From NCBI GenBank assembly GCA_964016885.1, contig OZ024742.1, positions 309,690,001-309,754,000 on the forward strand: 64,000 nucleotides of DNA, read 5' to 3'. The position numbers were made by a program, and so were the translations under genes. Position 1 is the stretch's first letter, and each line of letters starts with the position of its first letter. Source of the DNA: Eledone cirrhosa. Lineage: Eukaryota. Positions 1-13,669 of this stretch are shown piece by piece. The notes beneath the pieces were generated by a model. That model searched no databases and was not told the origin of the DNA. It worked only from the letters and a program-made list of their open reading frames with translations.

Positions 1-49
1 GACGAGGAAACCGTTGCACACGCATTGGTACACTGCTCGGGCATTGCCG
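1..49 (+). mobile_element. Fragment of L1/Tx1-like LINE ORF2 C-terminal zinc knuckle
   Basis: Frame 1 reads DEETVAHALVHCSGIA, matching the E-T-x-x-H-x4-C half of the CCHC knuckle; very short. Confidence 0.4.
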
Positions 50-519
50 ATTGTTCAGTTCTGAGAGCATTCCTCAGTCAGAAGTCTATAGAATTCTTTC
101 TGGGGTGAGGCTCCCTGTAGTGTTTTTGCCTGCTATTGTTCAGTACATTTGACCTCCACCATTATTTTGGTACTGTTGTTGTTGTAGTGGTCAGCTTATA
201 TCTTGCTGCTGCTAACAATTTAGAAGTATCCAGTTTGTGTTTTCTCTTCATCCCTCCCGCCACCATCGTAGTGGTGGTGGTGGTGGTGGTGGGTGGTGGT
301 GGTGGGTGGTGGTGGGGTGGGGTGGGGGGTTCTTTCATGTATATGAAGAAATATAAGGCAATAAATGAAGAAAACAGAAAATAAATAAATAATATAATAA
401 AATAAAATAATTAATATAATTTGTGTAATTTGAAAATAAATAAATAAATAGAGAATAAAGAATAAAGAGTAAATGAGAGATTGGTGAAAAAGTAATGATA
501 ATGTATATGGAGAAGTGAG

Positions 520-707
520 AAATAATTGTTTCTACTTTAGGCACAAGGCCAGCAATTACCCAGTGCATTACTGGTACTTTATTTTATCGACCCCGTAAGG
601 ATGAAAGGCAAAGTCAACCTCGGCGGGATTTGAACTCAGATCGTAAAGGGACGTAACTATGCTGGAAAGCATGGCGTCAAACCCTCTACCGATACTGCCA
701 ATCCACA
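520..707 (-). mobile_element. tRNA-derived SINE, dominant family (about 20 copies or fragments in the window)
   Basis: A box TGGCAGTATCGG, B box GAGTTCAAATCC, core GCCTTTCATCCTTACGGGGTCGATAAAATAAAGTACCAG, (ATT) tail. Other copies near 4363, 9727, 10017, 12229, 18087, 18355, 18590, 18866, 20285, 20408, 31115, 32177, 34699, 41852, 42303, 44697, 51547, 52478, 55081 and 55790. The core resembles the MetaSINE domain (from recall). Confidence 0.9.
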
Positions 708-1178
708 ATGTAGGATAAAGTGTGTGTGTGTGTGTGCTATAACCAATCTCAAGGTCAGAATATGTTGGATAGATTGGTATGATACAAGATGTTAAGATGA
801 GATATTCAATGTGTTTGTGTTATAATCTATCTCAACTTAAAATAAATATAAGGTAATACAGTGAAGAAGGCAGAAAACAAATAACAAATTAATAAAGAGA
901 AATCAAGATTTAAGATTGGAACTTGAAAGTCAGAAATCTGGTAAATTAAAAGTGTTTGTGTTATAGATGTTGGCCAAATTATTATGGCTGTGTCCGATTC
1001 TATCTCTAGGCTATCATGGTATCTGCTCCGCCTGGGTTGTTCCCTATGGCTTGAGGGGAGTTCACAACCTAGGGTGTTGTTATTGCCCATATAGCTTGAG
1101 GGAGGTCTGGCCGAGAGGTGTTTTCATGTTCTGTAGAAGTCCCTATAGCTTGAGGGGAGTTCACATCTTCTTGTGTTG

Positions 1179-1540
1179 CTACTGTCCATATATTTTGAGA
1201 AAGGTCCCGGCTCTAAGGTGTCTGCATGTCCCGAAGAAGTCGGTTCTGAGGTTTATCATGCCGCTTCCACCTCTTAGTATCTCGAGGGTCTCGTTCAGGC
1301 ATAGTTTGCATATGCAAGATCTCCCTTTATCGGGTGGTACTTTCCTGATTATGTACCAGGCCAGAGAGTATGGGGTCCTGTCCAGCTTAAGCTTCCAGAT
1401 CAGGTCGGAGAGAGCTGTGCTTTTCCTTTTGGCCTCCTTCTTGAATGAATGGCGATGGTTGTACCAGCGGTCCTTAAAGCCTCACCCCAGAAAGAATTCT
1501 ATAGACTTCTGACTGAGGAATGCTCTCAGAACTGAACAAT
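1179..1540 (-). pseudogene. Penelope-like (Naiad-type) GIY-YIG endonuclease remnant
   Basis: Minus strand reads FLG*GFKDRWYNHRHSFKKEAKRKSTALSDLIWKLK...CICKLCLNETLEIL...INLRTDFFGTCRH. It is missed by the ORF track. 1478-1540 has an exact inverted copy at 50-112. Confidence 0.8.
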
Positions 1541-1838
1541 GGGAAGTTTTTGACACTTTTTTTTTGTTATTTTGTTCCTTTAACACCTTGTCCCTTCTAC
1601 CATTTTATCAATTTTTAAGCTAACTCCAACAATAACAACACTTAGAATGAGGAATGTTCTAATAACTGACCAATGAGAGGAGAAGGGGACCTGTGACACG
1701 AAAATTCGTTTGTTTGAATTCATATGACTCCAGTTCCCCAGTGAATTAACAACCCAACAAGGAACTGGGCATATCAGAGTATTGACAATATCATACACCT
1801 AAACAACATATGTACTTGTCTATACCATACTAATTCAA

Positions 1839-1893
1839 ACTGCCTGAAGAGGTCACAGCCAAAGATGGCTGTCACTGAAATATATATAGCAGT
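1839..1893 (+). ncRNA. Minimal type I hammerhead ribozyme
   Basis: ACTGC-CTGAAGA-GGTCACAGCC/GGCTGTCACT-GAAA-TATATA-TA-GCAGT; 5-bp helix I, followed by AATAAA. Confidence 0.85.
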
Positions 1894-2035
1894 AATAAAC
1901 GAAGCTAAATTTTAATCATTTGACTTTTATTTAACTTTATTTTACACTACTCCGGAGTAACCAAACCAACCTGCGCACTTCGTCGAGTGCTCCAGCCTGC
2001 ATACTGAGGTGTTGGTATACAACCAACATAAACTC

Positions 2036-2171
<136 letters not shown>

Positions 2172-2275
2172 GTTTAACAAGGTGCAATGAATTCACTCTA
2201 CTGAGGTTTTCTGGAGTTATTAATATTACTTCAAAATATTAATAAATATAAACATTCATGTGATCGATCAAATAT

Positions 2276-2339
2276 ATTTTATTATACATATTTCAGAGAT
2301 ACTGAACTATTTCAACAGTACGTCCTCATCAGATAAAAT
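2276..2339 (-). ncRNA. Minimal type I hammerhead in the 3' pseudo-LTR
   Basis: Reverse complement of the 4997-5060 motif with differences only in the helix II loop. Confidence 0.85.
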
Positions 2340-3480
2340 AAGTTGATGCCTGACATACCTTGACTATGTTGATGGTTATAATTTAGTCATGGCCGTGATT
2401 AGTTATGACAAAACTCGATATTTATATACCTTAAGTTTAAACATGAAAAATTACATATAATACAGAGGGTGGGTATGGGAATGTGTAAAAAGATATATAA
2501 ATAATTAATAATATATAATACATAAACTTATATAACTGGGAGAAATGATCAAATGATAGAGAGAGGAAAAAAAGTTAAATCGTATAATCAAAGTGAGGAA
2601 GATATGCATTGTAATATATAAATAGCGTATAATTAGATAGGGGAAAAGAATAATGCGTGACCGTTTATTTTCAAATCTTAAGTTAAATGAAAATATCAAT
2701 TAATCAAATGATATAAGATTTTAGACTATAAAATTTAAAAGGATTTATATTATTGTATTATATCTGAGTTCAAGCAAATGTAACGTGAAAGATATAAATT
2801 TATGTCTATCATAACTCCAAAAGTATTCACAAGTATATTTAAAAGTATATTAAAATCAAGAATATAATCAATATATTAGTAAAAAAACCCTTAAAATTAA
2901 AATGTTATTAATAAGTCATAAAGCATTATAAATGTATCTAATAAGATATTATTAAACCAGATTTATCTAGATATACACATTTATATAATTTATATATAGA
3001 CTATAAATTTTAAGGTTTAAGACGATATTAGTCACTTATATGTAGTATAATTTCTGTTGAGAGTGTTATAAATTTAATTCAACTGGATTTTACTGTATTT
3101 AAAATTTTACATCAATTTAAGTATACAAAAAAATTTATCAACTAGTATCTAAGGAGACTTTTATACTATAAATGTATAATCATATCCTCGTGAATCGTAA
3201 ATAACCACTGAAAGTAATTAAACGGTTTACAAGCCTGAATACATTAAAGGTATCAAATATATAAGTTATAAGATTTAGAAAATACGAAAACCAAAATTAA
3301 ATGTATTTAAACAATCTAAAGGTCATACGTACTCAACAAGAGATCAGGTTAACACTTTCAATGTTAAGGTAGAAACCCTTAATCTAATATTAATAATAGT
3401 ATAAATAATAAAAGCATTACAAGAATGTTTAATCTGAGACAATATTGTTTCACACTCAGAGTTATTAATAAACGTCTAAA

Positions 3481-4720
3481 TCATTTCACATTTATTGAAT
3501 GTTTTTTCCTGATTTTTTTGTGAAGCTTGGAATGTAGATGTAACTTTGTGCAAGCAATTTGAGAGAATAATTCACTTTTTTTGTTAATTAACTTATCATA
3601 ATTATTAATTATTAATAGGGTCTCCATGTCACAAAGATCGCAGTTAGGTGATACGGAGGAATTATTGTAGACTTGGCTATTACAAAGTTTTGACCAAAAT
3701 ATTGAGTACTCTAAATTTTTGTCTTTCAAGGACCATATGAGTTGTGATAAAGAAGTGGAGAATTTCTTATCCGGATTTGAAAAAGAGTGTTTGTGATTCG
3801 AATATCTTAATTTAAAGCTCGATGAGGTTGCTCCTATATAGTTGTAGGTGATGTTATTTGCTTTAACAGTACATTTATAAACTAGGTTCTTATCAAGACA
3901 ATTATTTTGCAGAGGGCAATTCGATCTATTTCTACAGTTACATTTCGATTTACTGTTATTATAATAATTTAAACTGTACACGTTATCATTGCTAATAGTT
4001 GGAGGTGTTCTGTTGTGAGTGCTTAAGTTAATGTTATTGTTATTCACAGTATCAATATTATTGCTAATGTTAATATTGCTATTATCCCTAATTGTTTGTT
4101 GGTTATGATTAAGAATTCTACTATTTATTTTTGCAATGTTCTGTGCCATATTCATAGTTGTTGAGTATGATAGCTTAATTGTATGTCTATTGAATATAGA
4201 ATGGTATTTATGTGTACTAGGAAAGCATTTATCTAAAGCATTAAAGAATAAATTTGCCAGGGGTGTTTTGATAGCTAAAGATGCGGGAGGTGCATACCAA
4301 ATCACTGCTTTGGTTCTGATTTTTTTCCGAGATTTATTCACGACATTATTATTTTTATCCTGCCGAGGTTAACTTTACCTTTAAACCTTACGGGGTCGAT
4401 AAAATAAAGTACCAGTAATGTACTGCGTAATTGCTGGCCTTGTGCCTAAAATAGAAACAATTATTTTTATTTATATTTAAATAATTTTTAGAGTCCGCTT
4501 TATTTATGTTATTCGTATTTTTACCTAATTTATAATTCGAATTAGTATTATCTAGATATTCAATATTATTTTTATATCCTGCCTTATGTAATGCCTCATT
4601 ATAATATCCAACTTTTTCATCAAAAATGGATTTGTTAGCGGATAATCTAGTTAAGCGTTTTTGAACACTATTGACTATTGCATTTTTCACGGATTTAAGG
4701 TGATTTGATCTTTCCTCATG
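3481..4720 (-). pseudogene. Penelope-like RT thumb plus GIY-YIG endonuclease, interrupted by a SINE fragment at 4363-4463
   Basis: SNHLKSVKNAIVNSVQKRLTRLSANKSIF...YNEALHKAGY; IWYAPP; IFNRHTIKLSYS; CNCRNRSNCPLQNNC; VYKC...YIGAT...FKLRYSNHKHSF; STSLSQLIW; CDLCDME. Confidence 0.9.
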
Positions 4721-4996
4721 ATTTGCTATCTCGATCTATCACTTCCACTATCAACAATAATGAGGTATGAATATATTATTATTATTTAAATTTTTAACAG
4801 TTATATAAGTTTATGTATTATATATTATTAATTATTTATATATATATTTACACATTCTCATACCCACCCTCTGTATTATATGTAATTTTTCATGATTCAA
4901 CTTAAGGTATATAAATATCGAGTTTTGTCATAACTAATCACTGCCATGACTAAATTATAACCATCAACATAGTCAAGGTATGTCAGGCATCAACTT

Positions 4997-5060
4997 ATTT
5001 TATCTGATGAGGACGTACTGTTGAAATACCTCAGTATCTCTGAAATATGTATAATAAAAT
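4997..5060 (+). ncRNA. Minimal type I hammerhead in the inverted pseudo-LTR
   Basis: ATTTTAT-CTGATGA-GGACGTACTG/CAGTATCTCT-GAAA-TATGTA-TA-ATAAAAT. Confidence 0.85.
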
Positions 5061-5260
5061 ATATTTGATCGATCACATGAATGTCTATATTTATTAATAT
5101 TTTGAAGTAATATTAATAACTCCAGAAAACCTTTGTAGAGTGCTTATAATCTATTGTGAAACTTTATTCATTGATGAATTCATTGAACCTTGTTAAACTT
5201 TTAATTATATATATATATATATATATAAAAGATCAAAAGATGGTTAAAAGAGTTCCAAGT

Positions 5261-5326
5261 ATTTTATTATGCGCATTTCAAAAACAAATGTCATGGGATG
5301 ACATCTGCGTTTTCATCAGATAAAAT
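5261..5326 (-). ncRNA. Minimal type I hammerhead (solo pseudo-LTR, inverted partial copy at 5361-5438)
   Basis: ATTTTAT-CTGATGA-AAACGCAGATGTCAT/ATGACATTTGTTTTT-GAAA-TGCGCA-TA-ATAAAAT. The family also appears at 38178-38408. Confidence 0.85.
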
Positions 5327-5528
5327 AGGGATACATGATATGAAGCTTAAAAAACACTTGTGTCATCCCATGATGATATTTGTTTTTGAAATGCGCATAA
5401 TAAAATACTCGGAACTCTTTTAACCATCTTTTGATCTTATATTATTTATACTCCAGTCCTACAAACTGTAGAGTGCTACTTATCCGATATTTGCATTGCT
5501 TTATTGTGCTACAATAAAACTCACCTCC

Positions 5529-5569
<41 letters not shown>

Positions 5570-5655
5570 ATAATAATAAATTCCAAGACTAAAATCCAAA
5601 GAGGGCTCGATAAGGATAAATATATATCAAATATATAAGAACCGTAGAGCAATTA

Positions 5656-5729
<74 letters not shown>

Positions 5730-5749
5730 TATATATATATATATAAGCA

Positions 5750-6045
5750 GACAGTACCTGATTTAGGAGTTGCAGAAACCCCATATTGGATTTTACCACC
5801 ATTTCCAGGGGTCCGGGTATAATTTTCAATCATATTTTATTATTTGTTTGACCCGAATAGCTTGGTCGCCTCTATGGCTTTGCGGATAATAGTTTAACCA
5901 TCGTCTCAGTGTGTTTGGCCTTTTAACGTATGTTATTGCTCTAGTTCACTCGTTTCTATGGAGGCTTGCCACACATCTCGGAAGTTGTTTTTCGCTAATT
6001 TCCAATAGCCGAAATGCGATTCTCTCTACTTTATATTTGTATATA
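5750..6045. repeat. Unclassified dispersed repeat family between (TA)n tracts
   Basis: Reverse-complement match to 56880-57150; related pieces near 9370-9520, 37745-37950 and 43930-44125. Confidence 0.6.
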
Positions 6046-6794
6046 CGTATATATATATATACACACCCATATATATATATATATATATATAACAAAGAAG
6101 ATGTGGTAAGATACCAGGTGGACCATAACGCACCAGAGTACTCAATACTTAAGGTAGTAGAGTGGGTAATAGGAAAAGAGTCAGGACCACGACGGCTGAG
6201 GCTGAGCTCCGGCCGTTTCAACAGCTAGATCCGAACTCGGAAAGCTTTCCTGATGATTTCCTTCAAATAAAACAGTTCTAGTCCTGTAGAAGCCATTTCT
6301 ATATTAAACATTTATACTCTGCTATGTATTGAGTACGTTACTTACTGTGGTTACCCCCGATTGAACCCGGCACACACACACACACACACGTCATCACATT
6401 CACATATACATATCCGATCACACGCCCCCCCCCCCCACATCTTGTCACACACGCACGCATGTTGTCACATACATACACATATATCTTGTCACATACACAC
6501 ATTTATCTCGTCGCATTTATCTTGTAATACTCACACACACGTCATACTCACACACACATACATACACACACACACAGAACCCCGTCACATACACACATAT
6601 ACACACACACACATATCTCGTTGCATACACACATACACCTATACACACACATATATCGTCACATACTCACACACACGTCATCACATATACACACACATAC
6701 ACACACACACATATCGTCACATACTCATACATATCTCGATAAATACACACACATATGTCGCCACATACCCCCCCCCACATATATATATATATCT

Positions 6795-7380
6795 TCTGAT
6801 TAATGTTCAGACCCATCTCAGCATTCTCGTGTAGCACCCATGCACCATCTGAGTGAGTTTCTTGGTCAGTGTCCAAGTCTCAGACCCGTACAGCAGCTTA
6901 GACTCCACTACAGCAACGAAGAGGCGGATTTTCAGGTCTTTACGAAGGTCTGACTTCCACACCGATGTCAAGCTGTGTCACGCCGCCCAGGCTTTGCTCT
7001 TCCTCTCAACCACATCATCTTCCGTATTCCCAATCTTTGTTTCAAAATACAGGAAGTCCTCAACCAATTCTAGCGACTTCCCACCTACATTAGTGATCAC
7101 CTCTGGCTTCTCAATATTAATCAGTATATACTGAGGATGAAAAACTCAGAGCTGTATGGGAGCCTCCCAAAAGTCAGTTCAAAATTGACACAGAGGAGAC
7201 TGAGGTTAGCTGGACATGCTCACCGACATCCAGATTTGACATTGCACTCAGTGCTCATGTGGGAGCCCCTACATGGACACACTGGAAGAGGAAGACCAAG
7301 GTTAACGTATGTTGATGCCCTAAGGACAGACACTGGTTTGTTGGAGACGCAGGACATGGCAGCGATAATGAGGGACAGAG
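6795..7380. mobile_element. RTE-type LINE 3' portion with 5' inversion
   Basis: 6795-7130 minus reads LELVEDFLYF...KIRLFVAVVESKLLYGSETWTLTKK...CYTRMLR. 7133-7380 plus continues MKNSELYGSLP...RRLRLAGH...GRGRPRLTYVD. Confidence 0.8.
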
Positions 7381-7543
7381 ACCATATTTCGACAAATACA
7401 CACACATACGTCAACACACACACACACACACACACACATACACACACATATATCGTCACATACACATACATATTTCGACAAATACACATATACAGACATG
7501 CACACATACACACATATATATATATATATATCGTTACACACAT

Positions 7544-7577
<34 letters not shown>

Positions 7578-7925
7578 CGTTACACACACACACACATATA
7601 TATATATCGTTACACACACACACACATATATATATATATATCGTTACACACATACACACATACACACACATATATATATAGTTACACACACAGACACACA
7701 CAGGTTTATGCACATTATACGCAGCAGACAGAGGTGACACAGTAGGAGGAGGGTCCCAATAAAAACAAAACAAAAACAAAACCAATAACAATAGAACACA
7801 AACAACAAAACAAACAACAATAATAACAATAAAGTGATTTTCCAGTGACCTCTTCTTTCTAAATCTCTCATTTCTATTTGTTTATAAACATTGATAAATA
7901 TGTATATAGAAGTCCATAAACATAA

Positions 7926-8028
<103 letters not shown>

Positions 8029-8206
8029 CATATGTCCATAAACATTAACATACACACACACACACACATATATATATACATATGTCCATAAGCACTAACA
8101 TCGGCGTCTATGTGTGTGTGTGTATATATATATATGTACATAAATATATATATATACACACACACACACATATATATATATATACATACATATACATATA
8201 AAGGGG

Positions 8207-8248
<42 letters not shown>

Positions 8249-8257
8249 CATATATAT

Positions 8258-8313
<56 letters not shown>

Positions 8314-8433
8314 CAGTGTTAATGTTTATGGACAAATGTGTGTCTATGTATATCTGCATATGTATATATATATATATATATATATGTATATCTGCATATG
8401 TATATATGTATATATATATAAACATTAACACTG

Positions 8434-8506
<73 letters not shown>

Positions 8507-8552
8507 AAGAGGGTGTGGTAAGATACCAGGTGGACCATATATATACGTACAT

Positions 8553-8620
<68 letters not shown>

Positions 8621-8798
8621 ATATATATATATATATATACACACATATATATACACATACATATATATACACACAAACTTTGACCCTAACGGAATTGAAA
8701 CGTATATGGGATATTAGAATAAAACAAAATTGAACATATTCCCACGTTCCATCTAATTAAGCGAATGTATATATGTGTGTATACATGTATTAATTATA

Positions 8799-8994
8799 CA
8801 CGCGAGGGTCGGCTGAGAAGTAGATAGACTAACTAAGATACTCTCATGGAATGACCAAATGAGGTTTATTTTTCAACATAGTACCTGAAAAGAAATAATG
8901 CAGTTATTAATAAGAGTTGAAATTAATGCATGATAATTTCATAGCTCTAGCATCACTCCCTCATAGTCAGCCTACGAAGTTTTAAGCCCTCCTC

Positions 8995-8996
<2 letters not shown>
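8799..8996. mobile_element. Mariner-derived MITE
   Basis: Imperfect TIRs CGAGGGTCGGCTGAGAAGT...GACTAACTA and TAGTCAGCCTACGAAGTTTTAAGCCCTCCTCG. Confidence 0.6.
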
Positions 8997-9063
<67 letters not shown>

Positions 9064-9236
9064 GTATTTCCGTCGGAACGGTACAGGAAAAGAGAGTGCT
9101 CCATGTAGGCTACAGAACTTATTAGTTATGTAATAAATTACATAAGATAATTATTTCATTTACCAGTGGTTTCTTGAAGACAGATGTTGTATCTGTCTTT
9201 CAAATCCATAATTAATAAAAACACCATGTTTTTAAA

Positions 9237-9297
9237 TTCATTCTGACGACTGAAGACAGATACAACATCTGTCTTCAAGAAACCACTGGTAAATGAA
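9237..9297 (+). ncRNA. Type I hammerhead (inverted partial copy at 9141-9199)
   Basis: TTCATT-CTGACGA-C-TGAAGACAGAT/ATCTGTCTTCA-A-GAAA-CCACTGG-TA-AATGAA. Confidence 0.85.
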
Positions 9298-9316
9298 ATA
9301 ATTATCTTATGTTGTT

Positions 9317-9364
<48 letters not shown>

Positions 9365-9584
9365 GAGTGGGCTTGTTTTGGTATTATATGGTTGGGTTTA
9401 CCTGCCGCAATTTTCAATTTGTCAAGCTGTCTAAACGTATGTTATTACTCTAAGGCCCGACCTTATTGAGTGCTTTGCTACTCATTCCTAATTGTAGGTC
9501 ACTGTGTTTGGTCGCAGCCAAAGCTTCGATGTTACTAAGATTCCACTATATATATATATACACACACACACACATACACACACA

Positions 9585-9627
<43 letters not shown>

Positions 9628-10988
9628 CAGTCAATATTCGCTTCATCTAAGTTGTAATCTATAGGGCAAATTAATCCAACATATTGTATGTATGGACCCA
9701 TAGATACAGGTATTATCATTATTATAAGGGTGGTAGATTGGCAGTATCAGTAGAGCGTCGAACACAATGCTTTGCAGCATATAGTTACGGCCCTTTAAGT
9801 TCCGAGTTCAAATTCCGCCAAGGTTAGCTTTACCTTTCATCCTTAAAAGGGTCGATAAAATAAAGTACCAGTAAGCACGGGTCTATTTAATATAGAAATG
9901 GCTTTTACAGGACTAGAACTGTTTCATTCTAGTCCTGTAGAAGCCATTTTTATATTAAATATTTATACTCTGCTCTGTATTCAGTATCTTACTTACAGTG
10001 GTTACCCCCGATTGAACCCGGGATAAAGTGAAATTGGATGAAGGGCAAAGTTGACCTCGGAGGGATTTGAACTAAGAAAGTAAAGGGCCGTGACTATATA
10101 CCGCAAAACCTTTTGTCTGACGCTCTACCAATACTGGCAATCCACCACCCTTGCCATGCTAACTGTATTTCCCGCTAATATATAAGATTTAACATTAAAT
10201 ATCGTTACTATTATTTGTTTTCAACCAGCATCTGTGACGGCAGTATATTGGTAGAATCCTTGGAGTAATAGACCCATCACCAGCTGCATATTTTTTGTAA
10301 CACTTCAGGTTCTGAGTTAGAATCTCGTTGTGATCAACTTTAGCTTTCCTCCTTAAGGGACAATAAAGTCAATACTGGGTTCGAATTTGCCTTTCATCCT
10401 TTCAGGGTAGATAAAAAGGCATCAGTCTAATAACGGGGTCGATTCTTTCCTATATCTTGCTCATTCCAACCGCTTTTTCTGGAAGAAATCGGCTGCATTC
10501 AGACACGGAGATATGTTGGTCTCCACCAGGTTTAAAATGCTGTAAGCACGGTGTATGTCACCACGGTGCCCTTACCACTCCACTAGGAATTACTGCTCAT
10601 TACATACATATATAATGTCTACTACTGGAACCAATGTAATAGTATATATCACTACTCTCTATTTTCTGAGTTCAAATCCCGTCGAGGTCAACTTTACCTT
10701 TTATTCTTTCGAGGTCGATAAAACAGCACCAATCCAGTACTTCCTCTATATCTCTTTCTCACATCCTCTCTATCACTCTCTTCCACTGGAAGAAATTAGC
10801 TGTGTTCAAACCTGGAGATGTGATGCGCTCTCTATGTTAAAAAACTCCAAGAAAAGCCATATGTTACAACGGCGCTCCACAATTCCATCAGGAATTGCAG
10901 GTACATACATGCATGTTTTTCAGTTTCTATTCTTTTGTTCATCATTAATTTATTAAGAGACAATTCATGACATTTACAAATGAACATG

Positions 10989-11048
<60 letters not shown>

Positions 11049-11689
11049 CTCTCTCTCTCTCTCTCTCTCCCTCTCTCTCACTCTCTCACCCCCCTCTCTC
11101 TCCCTATATATATATATAAATATAAATGTCTTGAAACTTTGATATACTGTATTTGAATGTTTGCTTTTAGCTTGTATAATGTAATAAACAATTCAACATT
11201 TTATTCCAAGATTTGCAGTTTTACTTTTTTTTTTATTGTTTTGAAGGTTGAGTTATGTTTTTTGAAAACCTCAAATCTTTGATCAAAACGAGTTCTATAT
11301 TCTGTAACACTTACAGTCTCTCTGACTAAATGTGTCAAGGTTTATATACAATAGTCTTCCTTCTTTTACTTTTGTATTTCTTTACACAAGTTCGGAGTAT
11401 CAAGGCTCATTTATCCTTGGGATGAGTCAATCATAGGAATCCTAATATTACACATACACATGCACACAACCACACACACACACGCACGAACACACATATA
11501 CACATACGCAGCCACACGCACACATATACGCAGCCACACACACACACGCATGCAAGGCCGTTTTCCTGTCACAACTCGAGCCTGCTGGACTCGACCGGGG
11601 TTGGTGGAGATTTTATTTAAAATCTTGATTATATTTCAATATTTACCTCAAGGGAGGTAAATCTTCTATCAAGGAAGCCACATATTCGA

Positions 11690-11965
11690 ACATGTTCTCC
11701 ACCACTAGCTTTGTCGCTTACCCAACAAACCTGGCTACTGTGACACGTAACGCTAAATACCATAACTTGACAGATCGCTTCCTTTCCGCACCTGTCACCG
11801 TCGAGACCTCTGGCGTTCTCGGTCTTCAAACTACCATTTGTCTCCGCAAAGTTGGTCGGAGTCAATCCCGTCCGAGGAAAGAGCTAGCGTAGTGAAAGGT
11901 GTAGTGGCTGATGCAGCGGGTGTCATTGGCTGCTCTCCATGACAAGGTCTACGAAATTTTAGAAT
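11690..11965 (+). mobile_element. CRE-like non-LTR retrotransposon C-terminal restriction-like endonuclease remnant
   Basis: KYHNLTDRFLSAPVTVETSGVLG...WLMQRVSLA. Related piece at 25790-26025 (WLFQRISLTILRGNAFSIL) and its 3' copy at 45376-45530. Confidence 0.6.
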
Positions 11966-12831
11966 GCAGGGTACAGCTGAGATATACCGCCAAGACCTGG
12001 GGTGTAAAGTCTGCCATCCCCCGCACCCTTTCTCTTACTTTTACTATTTTTTTAAAATATATTTTTGTATGCAAACAATCAGCAGTAGAAGATTTACAAA
12101 TGACACCCACAGATCACATGGGGCAAAGGTCAGTGGGTTAGTCACCAGCACGTGCAGGGTTGCTAGATCAATTTCATAAAAGGTACAGGATTGTGTTAGA
12201 AAGTAGCTCAAATACGAATATTATGAATATGGCAGTATCGGTAGAGGGTCGGACGCCATGCTTTCCAGCATAGTTACGTCCCTTTACGATCTGAGTTCAA
12301 ATCCCGTCGAGGTTGACTTTGCCTTTCATCCTTACGGGGTCGATAAAATAAAGTACCAGTAATGCACTGGATAATTGCTGGCCTTGTGCCTAAAGTAGAA
12401 ACAATTATGAATATATATATATATTATTATTATTATTATTTTTATATATGTAAGTATATATATATATATATAAGTATGTATACGTACATACATATATGTA
12501 TACAGACGTACAGTAGTATGTATATATATATATACATAGATGCACATATATATATATATATGTACGTATGGATTTACTGAACATTTATTATAATGCTCGG
12601 TGTGTTTGTAAAAAAACGGCTTAATTCGTCTGTATACATATAAGTATGTACGTATACATACTTATATTTAAGTAACAGCCGTACTAAGAGTGAGAAATGA
12701 AACTTCGTTTCATTTTTTCCGTTTATATATATATAAATATATTTAAACTTCAATCTGTTATTTTAATAAATATTTCCTCTACGGTTCTTATCGAGTCCTC
12801 TTTGAATTTTAGTCTTCACATTTATTATTAT

Positions 12832-12915
<84 letters not shown>

Positions 12916-12931
12916 ATAACCATGTCCATTA

Positions 12932-12969
12932 CGAGCTGAGGATCCGCTAAGGTGTAACAATTGTTCTCG
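12932..12969 (+). ncRNA. Minimal hammerhead, degenerate copy (GAAA changed to GTAA)
   Basis: CGAG-CTGAGGA-TCCGCTAAGGT-GTAA-CAATTG-TT-CTCG; intact copy at 37992-38029. Confidence 0.6.
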
Positions 12970-13064
12970 GTATGGTGAATTAACTGTTGTGTAACCACTT
13001 CTACCTAACTCGTCCCATGGACTGAGTGCTCTACCACTACGGATATTACCTTCCAGTGTTCTAC

Positions 13065-13098
<34 letters not shown>

Positions 13099-13421
13099 AT
13101 AATAATAAATGTGAAGACTAAAATCCAAAGAGGGCTCGATAAGGATAAATATATATCAAATATATAAGAACCGCAGAGCTAATATTTATTAAAATAACAG
13201 ATTAAAGTTTAAGCAAAGAATCGCTGCTTTCACCCTTAACGGGATCTTTTGAAACTAAAAAAAAATCAATTTGTGAATGCAGAAGTAAATATTTCGAAAA
13301 ACGTTGCAACCGAAGGAAAACAGGAAGACGATACTTTGGTTCGTGAAGACGTTCCCTGGCAATGAACGTTTGCAACGTTTTTCGAAATATTTACTTCTGC
13401 GTTCACAGATTGATTTTTTTT

Positions 13422-13472
13422 AGTTTCAGAAGATTCCGTTAAGGGTGAAAGCAGCGATTCTTTGCTTAATCT
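13422..13472 (+). ncRNA. Hammerhead-like motif with CAGAAGA core
   Basis: AGTTT-CAGAAGA-TTCC/GGGT-GAAA-GCA...TGC-TT-AATCT. Copies at 13206-13256 (-) and 23252-23297 (+). Confidence 0.55.
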
Positions 13473-13669
13473 TTAATCTGTTATTTTAATAAATATGTAT
13501 GTATATATATATATACATATATATATATAATATATTTATATAATATATAATATATATATGTATGTGTGTAAGTGTGCGTATAGGTATGTGTGTATGTCTG
13601 TGTACAGCAAAGATGCAAACAGAAAAAACGAAAACCGTATATATAGAGGAAGAAAAGGTAACACAGGTT

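Noticed and set aside
967-1512. 181-aa plus-strand ORF
   Set aside because: Antisense shadow of the minus-strand GIY-YIG remnant.
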